Positions 10,260 through 17,637 of a stretch of 17,637 bases of DNA are shown in pieces (position 1 is the first letter of the stretch; each line of letters begins with the position of its first letter). Under the pieces are notes generated by a model. That model was not told where the DNA came from. It saw nothing but the letters and a program-made list of their open reading frames with translations, and did no database searches. Source of the stretch: Fonticula alba ATCC 38817 (taxonomy: Eukaryota > Protista > Nucleariida); assembly GCA_000388065.2 (NCBI GenBank), contig KB932233.1, one strand, 5' to 3'. The position numbers and the translations under genes were made by a program.

Positions 10260-11180
10260 GGCAGGGTAAGCTTCGGAGGGCAGGAAGAACACAAAACATA
10301 GCCCACTTCAGATGGGGTCTGTTTGCGCATGAAACATGGCGAGAGAGGAAGAAAGAGAGAGGGGCAAGCGGGAAACGGAGGCGCACTTCGCGTCGCCCAG
10401 GTTCGAGGACACCAGATGCTCGACGCGGTTGTGCGCGATGTTCCGATCAATGGAGAGGACCGCATCGCGGGAGAGGTCGTTGGCCACGATGCGCGTGAGC
10501 CCGGGGATTTCGCGCGCATATCGGGCAGCCCGCAGGCCACTGGCACTCAGGGCCTCGAGCACGGTGACCGGGCCCTCGCCGCCGGCGACTAGCCCCTCGA
10601 GGGCGGCCAGCCGCCCGGCCTGGCCCGACTCCGGCGCCACCTCGGCCAGGGTTTGGGTAATGCGCTTCAGGCGGTCGGCCTGTGCCGGCAGGACGTCCGC
10701 CATCAGGCCGGCACCGCACTTGGCCTGGTCGCGCTCCTCCATCCGGCGCAGGGCCACAAAAGTCCGGATGGCCGAGATGGAGATATCCCGGTTGATGACC
10801 TGCGCCGGGTTGTAGAACACCTCGGCCGCCGTGGGGAAAAGAACCGTGGCCGACCCCTCGGTGATGGGGACCAGCTCGGCCGCCGGGGTGATGTAGTCCC
10901 CGATGGCAGGGGACGGTGTCGGAGGGCTGGCAGAAGACGCGGCGTCCATGGCAGGGATGGAAGCACGCGGGCGGCGCACAGAGGAAAGCGGGGCCGATGA
11001 AGAGAAAAACCGCTGGGGGGACACCGGAGACGAGGCGCCGGCAGGGAGGGGGGTGGCGGTGGCGACGGCGGCGACAGCGGCAGCGGCGGACGGCCGGGAA
11101 AAGGCAAGGGCGAGGGCGGGCGAGAGGCAAGTGGAGGACGAGGAACGAGCGACACGGAGAAGTGCAACACGGAGGAACAT
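7957..11180 (-). CDS. TRM1: tRNA (guanine26-N2,N2)-dimethyltransferase Trm1 with an N-terminal mitochondrial-presequence-like extension. Exons 10387-11180, 9740-10111, 9331-9493, 8814-9160, 7957-8635; 2355 nt, 784 aa.
   Basis: Motifs: ITEGSATV..EVFYNPAQVINRDISI, VLEALSASGLRAARYAREIPG..IVANDLS, GDANVVM, VDLDPYGTAIPFLDAA, GGMMLVTCTDMAVLAG, CYSKYG, YCHELALRILL, PLVSLSIDFYIRVFIRV, Cys pairs YQCSAC and FCESCG, VGGPIWTGPLHN, ELPDVPLYYTL, ALLNAGYRVSGSHA, LKTDAP, RF..GWGPMARA. The frame is kept across all GT..AG junctions. Confidence 0.95.
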
Positions 11181-12512
11181 GTGCGGGAGCGCGCGGCGGG
11201 AGGGACAAGCAGCGGGTGCGAGGAGGAGAGGGGGAGGGGGGACGGAGGGCGATCTGGCGCTCGGCCCGCGGCCGCCTCCCCGGCTGACATGAAGCCGGAA
11301 AAATGCCTACCGCACAGGCCGCGCCTCGGCCCCGACCCGCACCTCTGGGAGAGGGTCTCCACCTTGCGCCGCCCCCCCTGCCCTGAAGCGCACGAGAGTC
11401 GACCCGGGGAGAGCATGGAAAAATGGGGAGGCCAGCCAAGATCCTACTGCCTGGCGTCGGGCCTCCCCCGAGGCCAGGGTCGCGCAGGTCGGACAGCACA
11501 ACGCGCGGCCGGCTGCCAACCCATTGACAGAAGGGAGAGTCGGAGCCACGTGCGTCGGCGCGCCCAGCCGAGAATGCCATACGCCACAAGGGCAGCACCA
11601 ACGGATAGGATATGCCGCGAGAGGCGCGCGCGCTCGCTCCCGGGACCGGGGGGGGACGCAGCAAGGAGCGGAAAAGGCAGTACACCGGGGGGGAGGGGGG
11701 GAAGGGGGGTGTATTTTCTCCCTCGCACAGGAGGAGGAGAGAAAGGAAACAACAGTGCGTGTGTGTGCGTGCGTGCGGGACACACGGCACGCGCTTTTCC
11801 TCTTGGTCGAGGGGGGGGCGCGCGCGCAGAGCGCGTGACAGGCACACGGGCGGCACACGCGCAGGGGAGAGGGATATGAAATAATGTACAGAGTATGTGT
11901 GTGTAGGGTTTTCAGCAAGGACAGGAGGGGGTGGGGGGGAGGCGCGGAGGCCGGACCGCACATGGGAGGGGGTGGGGGAGGCAGGGGAGTGGAGAGAAGG
12001 GAACAGAAGAAGCGCGGATAGCAGCGCAGGACAGGGGAAGAGAGAAGGGGGAGGGTGGTAGAGGAGAAAGGGGGTGCCTTCGCCTGGCCACGGGCGAATT
12101 GACTGGGGCGCGCGTGGCCGGGGAGGGGGGGCGGGTGTGGAAGGGGGAGAATGCTGCTCGCCGAGCTGCGACTCTCCAGCCCTTCTTTTCCTTGTGGGTC
12201 CGGCATATCATCCCCTTTGGGCCTCTCGCGCGTGCACATATGTGCGCGTCTGCCGGCGTCGGGTGGCAAAAGCGCGTGGAGGGCGCATCTGCCCATCACC
12301 GCCCGCCTCGCGCCGATGACCCACGCTCGCATCTGGGACGCGCGCGTCCTCCCCCATCTCTCTGGCCGGCCCCCTTCCCCCACATCGCCTTTTTTTTTGA
12401 GGGGGAGGGGCGCGCACGCACGCAGGCACGCACGCGCGGCCGAAGACGCGGCCAACTGCCTGCGCGCCGGTCGGCGGCCCCTCACACTCTCCCCCAGCCG
12501 GCACATTTTGCT

Positions 12513-15500
12513 TTAGAAGCGCATGGTCGGCCCGTCGAGCGCACGACCGCTGGATGAGGAAAAGAGCGACTGCACCATGGGCAGCAGCTCGCGACCGCCG
12601 TAGCGAGTGAAGAGCATGTACGACAGCTGGGCCCCCTTGTAGAAAATGTAACCGAAGACACCGAGCAGGCCAGACCCGATGGTCAGCAGCGACACGCGCT
12701 GGGCAAGGCGCGTCAGCCCGGGCCGGCCAGCGAAGAGGCTGAGCACGCCGCCGGTGGTGGCCGAGGCCACGGCTGCCAGGGACCCGGCCGGACGGCCTCC
12801 CCGGCGGGGATTCTGAATGCCCGGGATCAGGGTCCGGAAGATGATGGACGGGTCGAAGGCCGACGTGGAGTCCAGGATCAGCGGGCTGGCCAGGCGGAAG
12901 CGGCGGACCACCTCACGCACCCGGGCCTCGAAGGGGCATGGCCCGGTGGCCGGCTGCGGGGCCAGATTCACGCCGACCAGCACGATGTAGGCCTGGTCGC
13001 CGAGAGTGGGCAGGGCGCTGGCCAGGTACTCGAAGGACTCGCGATCATGCGTGTCATAGCAGAGGATGAAGGCGTCACCGGTGTTGTCCAGGTGGGCCAG
13101 CTGCTCGGGGGTCAGGCCCTCGAGCGGGTGCTGGCGGCCCCCCTCGGCCGGCCGCTCCAAATAGTGCAAGGCCAGGACCTTGTTGTTGAGGGGCTCCGGC
13201 GAGGGGGTCAGCTCGCGGCTACCGGCGGAGAAGGGCGCCGCCGAGGTGGAAATATAGGCGTCCGAGTGCATGGGCAGGCCGAGGTGCGCGCGGAACAGCG
13301 GCTGCGAGATGGTGTCCGACGAGGCCAGCACATAGGCCAGGAGGACATTCCGATCGTTGCGGCCGATGCTGGCATCGTCCTGACGCGAGCGAGTCTGCTG
13401 GAAGACCCGCTTGTGCGAGGGGGGAATCCCCAAGTAGGCCAGGTAGTTGCAGGCAGCCTCCAGGTCCACAGCCAACAGGGCACTATAGGAGGAGGGGTGG
13501 CGGGAGGGAGGGGAGGGAGAAGTGTGAGCGGGAGGGGGGTAGAGAGGGAGAGGGAGAGACCAAAAGGAGGAAGGGCAAGGGGGCAAAAGAGGGAGAGAGG
13601 GGGAATGTTGAGGCTGGTTAAAACCACTTGGCCACGGGAGAGGGACCAAGCAGGAGTCATCCAACCCAACTGGATCTGGCCGCGCTCCGTAACTGGCCAC
13701 GGTCGCAGCGTGGAAAGAGAGAGGCGCAGGTGGTGAAAAGGTGGCCAGGGCCTGGAGGAACACATCTGCCGGATGCGCGGGCACGAGGCGCGAGGCGCGG
13801 AGCGCGAGCACGCGCATGTACACATGGACGCGGGAGACCCCCGCCCCGGTGCATCAGAGGGGCCAACGCCCCGGCCCCGGAGCCCTGCCTGCCGATTGCC
13901 CCCTCCCTTGGGACCCCGCCCATCATGTGCCCCACTCTCCACCACGCCGCCGTACATGCATGTAGGGCACGCCAAGAGCACGCACGCGCTCACACGCCTC
14001 CCGAGCAAGAAGCACGAAAGGGAGAACACACACATGCCTAAGAGCACCATACACGCACGCGGAGGCGAGGAGAAGAGCGAGAATGGGAAGGAAGAAAGGG
14101 GGAAACCAAACAAGAGGAGGGGAGAGGAGAAGGAGACTCCCCCCTGATGCGGGAGGGGGACCTCTCACACCCACATTGTGCACACGCGACGCACACACAC
14201 GCCCATGCACGCGCCCCCGGCAAATGCGTACCCCATGCCCGGACCCCACCTGCTTGACTGCGACCGTGGTGCTGACGGCGTATGGAGAGAGAGAGGGGGG
14301 GGGGAGGAAAGGAGAGGAACAGAGGGGAGGGGAGACGCGCGTGCGGCGAGCTACGCGCAGACACATGCGCATGCTACACCACACACACGAAGGGAGAAAA
14401 GGACGCACGACCAGTAGGCCAGCCAGCCATACACCGACAGCCAGCCCTTCTCATTGGTGTTGACCGTGGAGGGCAGCAGGAAGTCTTGGAAAATCGGCCG
14501 CGGGGCCGTCTCAAACAGCTGGAGCAGCTCCTCCGGCGTCAGATACCCCTCCTGGGTGCGGGAAAACCGGTTGAACAGCCGGAGCAGGATGACCAGCGAG
14601 TCGCGGCTGAACTCGTAGGAGCACCCCTGCGACAGGGGGAAGAAGGGCCGCAAGTACTCCGGCGAGAAGTTGAACGAATGGTCGAAGCCAAACCCATTGA
14701 GGGCCATCCACACCAGATCATGGCGGGACCCCTGGCACAGGAGGTTGAACTTGTCCAACAAATCCGGCAACGACAGACGCTCCATATTGGACACATGGCC
14801 AATGGTCCACAGGGTCTGGAGGAAGACATTCGGCCCGAGCAGCTGGTCGTAGCACCGGCGCTGGAGCTCGGCCAGCTCATTGCGATTGAGGTACCCATCG
14901 TTGTCCAGGTCCGACAGGCGGAACATGGAAATCAGGGCCTGCCGCGCCTTGGGCTTAAACTCCCGAGTGTAGACATTGTACAACGGCGACAGCGGGTAGA
15001 TGACCGACCGGGTGGCATGCTCGAAGACCGAGCTGACATTGAAGAGATTCAGCGCCGAGCAGGTGACCGACGACTCGATCAGCGAAAACTTCTCCATGAT
15101 CTCCAGCACCTCGGTCTCGTAGTCGACCGAGCTGTCCAGCAGGTCCATCTTGGCGCAGACCAGGATCACCGGCAGGTCGTAGCTGGTGGCCAGCGGGATC
15201 CACCGGTTCCGGGCATTGGCCAGACTCTCCGGCACATCCGGGCTGAAAAGGACGCACGCCACGCTAGCCGCGCGAAGCTGGCTCTCGATGGCCGCCATGT
15301 CATTGGCGTTTGTGTCCACCAGGTAGGTGACCACATTGTTGGTGATCTGCGGGGTGAAGACAAACTCCGGGCAAACATCCTCAACCTGGTGAGGAAAGGG
15401 GGAAGCGCGAGAGGAGGGACGGGAGAGGCGCGGTGGTGTCAGAGGAGCGAAGGCGAAAGGGAGGAGGCGGAGAGAGAGAGAGAGGGAGAGAGAGCGCGAG

Positions 15501-16117
15501 AGAGGCGCTGTTCCGGGAGAGGGTGACACGTGGAGAGGCGGCCCCCTGTGCAGAGGAGCACAGGGAGAGAAATGCCTCGGCCAGTGCACGAGGCACCGGG
15601 CCACGCGCCGCGCCCTGCCGGATCCGGGAGGGCCCTCCGCCCGCCGGCCCCCTCGCCCCCTCCCCCCCCGTAAGAGGAGAGAGAGAGAGAGAGGGAGACC
15701 GAGGGCGGAAGAGACACCCGGACTGATCTTTCCCCCCTGTGAAACCTACGAGCGACTGTCTGAACATCCGCAGGCCAAAAAGAGGGAGTGTGGTGCGCCA
15801 CGCGGTGGCACAGTCCAAGGGAAAAAAGGCAGAGCAAGGGGGAGGGAGCCCCACAGGACGGGCCAGGGAAAGCACGTACCGACTCGGCGAACTCATTGTT
15901 GACGACGGCCCATGAGAGGGCGGACTTCCCGGTCCCGGCTGGAGGAGGGGAGGGGGGAGGAACGAAGAGAAGGCGGCAACACAACCGAGCAGCATGTTAG
16001 ACAGCAGGCCATGGTGCAAAGGAAGAGAAGCCGGCGAAAATGGGCCCGGAGCCATGGAGCGAAGGGGGCACACGCACTGTCACCGAGGAGGACGATCCGC
16101 AGGGAGCTGGGGAACAT
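12513..16117 (-). CDS. GEM1: Mitochondrial Rho GTPase Miro/Gem1 (N-terminal GTPase, two EF-hand regions, C-terminal GTPase-like domain, transmembrane anchor). Exons 16078-16117, 15880-15938, 14409-15385, 12513-13482; 2046 nt, 681 aa.
   Basis: Spliced P-loop LRIVLLGDTGTGKSAL, then LPVILVCAKMDL, IESSVTCSA..NVSSVFEHATRSVIYPLSPLY, ALISMFRLSDLDNDGYLNRNE (EF-hand), WMALNGFGFDHSFNFSPEYLRP, WLAYWSALLAVDLEAACNYLAYLG, RNDRNV, and a hydrophobic C-terminal segment VSLLTIGSGLLGVFGYIFY. This is the characteristic Miro domain order. Confidence 0.92.
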
Positions 16118-16510
16118 GTCGGCGCACACTCAGGGGGAGGGGGGAGGGGCGACTGCGAAGGGAGAAAGGCAGACAAGAGACGAGGATGAGCGGCAGGAGC
16201 AGGGGAGCCGAAGACAGACAGGAGCGAGGGGGGGGGGAGGGGAGGGGGACGGCGACGGGGGAAGAAGGACGCAGTCTCTCTCGCTCACACACACACACAC
16301 ACACTCGCTCTCACTTGGCAGAGCGGGGAGGGGGAGAGGACAGGAAGGAGGGACACGGGGGGGAGAGGGGGGAGGGGCGCACAGCGAGGGGGGACCGTGG
16401 CGGTGTGGCTGGCCACCCGGAGGGCCCGGCCCCGGGGCCCGTCCTGCCGGTGCCTTTTAGTGCCCTGCCGTTACGAGTGGCCCGGCCCCGGGCCCATATG
16501 TGCCGCGGTC

Positions 16511-16511
<1 letters not shown>

Positions 16512-16587
<76 letters not shown>
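16512..16587. repeat. Poly-C homopolymer (76 nt) abutting the assembly gap.
   Basis: Directly visible. Its true length is unreliable because it runs into Ns. Confidence 0.8.
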
Positions 16588-16882
16588 NNNNNNNNNNNNN
16601 NNNNNNNNNNNNNNNNNNNNNNNNNNNNNNNNNNNNNNNNNNNNNNNNNNNNNNNNNNNNNNNNNNNNNNNNNNNNNNNNNNNNNNNNNNNNNNNNNNNN
16701 NNNNNNNNNNNNNNNNNNNNNNNNNNNNNNNNNNNNNNNNNNNNNNNNNNNNNNNNNNNNNNNNNNNNNNNNNNNNNNNNNNNNNNNNNNNNNNNNNNNN
16801 NNNNNNNNNNNNNNNNNNNNNNNNNNNNNNNNNNNNNNNNNNNNNNNNNNNNNNNNNNNNNNNNNNNNNNNNNNNNNNNNNN
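16588..16882. other. Assembly gap (295 N).
   Basis: Run of n characters. Confidence 0.99.
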
Positions 16883-16886
16883 CCCC

Positions 16887-16932
16887 CACACACACACACA
16901 CACACACACGCACGTACGTACGTACGTACGTA
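16887..16932. repeat. (CA)n followed by (TACG)n microsatellite.
   Basis: cacacaca...cacg cacgtacgtacgtacgtacgta, directly visible. Confidence 0.85.
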
Positions 16933-17637
16933 TGCGCACACGGGTACACTTTCCGGCCCCCACGGCAAACGGACCTGGACGTCACCGGCACCGGGACGCG
17001 CACACGCCCGCCCGCATGCCCCCCAGCCACATGCACACGCGCGGTGGGCGAGGCGAACTGCCTCACACCCAGGCTCGCCGCACCGCTCGGTGGCGCAGGC
17101 ACGTTGTGGTGGCCCCGAGAAAGATGACCCTACAAAGCAGCTGGCCAGGGAGGAACACCCGAGGTGGGGAATATTCCGACTCATGCCAGACGTGCGGCGA
17201 GCGCACGCACGAGCGCGCGCACGGCCCAGGTGCGTGCGCAGTTCCGCCCCCGGCGGGGGGGTCGGGGTGACGCGCGCGCGGGCGCGCCGCGCCCACTTAG
17301 CCCAGGCCCCCGCTCAAGTCTGACTAATTAGCCCATAAAAATGAGACCAGAATATGTGAATATCTATGAGAGCTGATTTGTCCCCCCCCCCCCCTCCCGG
17401 CTACATGCCTCGCCGGACACGCAGCTGTGGGCTTCCCTGCCGGCTGCGGCACAGGGAACACTCTGGGCCCGCGGCAACGGGCGGCCCAACCGGCCCGGCT
17501 CGGGGGTGCAGATGATATCGCCAGGGATTTTCCCCCCCCCCCGCGCCGAACCCGCCTGGCGCCAAAGCACGCATACATGCACGCCCGTGCGAGAGACACG
17601 TCCACCAAACGCCAGTGATCCGGCGCCAGCCCCAGGC

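Noticed and set aside
10447-12506. Long minus-strand ORFs 10447-11961 and 11307-12506 in the Trm1-Miro spacer
   Set aside because: The translations are Pro/Arg/Ala low complexity from GC-rich and CT-repeat DNA, with no domain motifs or coding-like codon pattern.
13630-13823. N-terminal part of ORF 12513-13823 (MYMRVLALRASRLV...) as a separate gene or extra Miro exon
   Set aside because: Miro homology resumes exactly at the TAG acceptor at 13483 (WS|ALLAVD). No consensus donor gives a frame-compatible extra exon.
14282-15526. 414-aa plus-strand ORF; likewise 90-629, 7978-8847 and 13047-13736
   Set aside because: These are antisense shadows of the Miro, esterase and Trm1 exons.
15738-15776. 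Small hairpin followed by ACA in Miro intron 2 (minus strand)
   Set aside because: It is a single short stem with several G-U pairs, no pseudouridylation pocket and no H box, so it is expected by chance.
17100-17200. Complex-looking stretch that could be a small exon
   Set aside because: There is no convincing splice-site pair or recognisable peptide on either strand, and it cannot be assessed without flanking sequence.
1-17637. CRISPR array, tRNA/rRNA genes, transposase
   Set aside because: There are no regularly spaced repeats with unique spacers, no cloverleaf or rRNA signature that I recognise, and no transposase or reverse-transcriptase motifs.

Overview
Eukaryotic, very GC-rich, intron-containing genomic DNA with one assembly gap (N run 16588-16882). 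The style (GA/CT microsatellite introns, long G/C runs, GTGCGT donors) suggests a unicellular opisthokont such as Fonticula; this is inference only. Splicing by hand gives four tandem minus-strand genes. (1) A secreted type-B carboxylesterase that runs off the left edge. (2) A monomeric class II, adenosylcobalamin(B12)-dependent ribonucleotide reductase (NrdJ/RTPR), 5 exons, 1092 aa. (3) tRNA G26 N2,N2-dimethyltransferase Trm1, 5 exons, 784 aa. (4) Mitochondrial Rho GTPase Miro/Gem1, 4 exons, 681 aa. The best lead is that the B12-dependent RNR carries a mitochondrial-presequence-like extension. It has a weak-context first AUG and a strong-context in-frame AUG at Met77, and the neighbouring TRM1 has the same layout (Met1/Met78). 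This suggests a dual-targeted, possibly mitochondrial, B12-dependent dNTP-supply enzyme. Secondary leads are an altered RNR specificity-loop motif, a degenerate Miro C-terminal GTPase and EF-hand 2, a near-invariant GTRYGT donor consensus, and a few candidate structured RNAs. Most entries in the supplied ORF track are antisense or low-complexity shadows.
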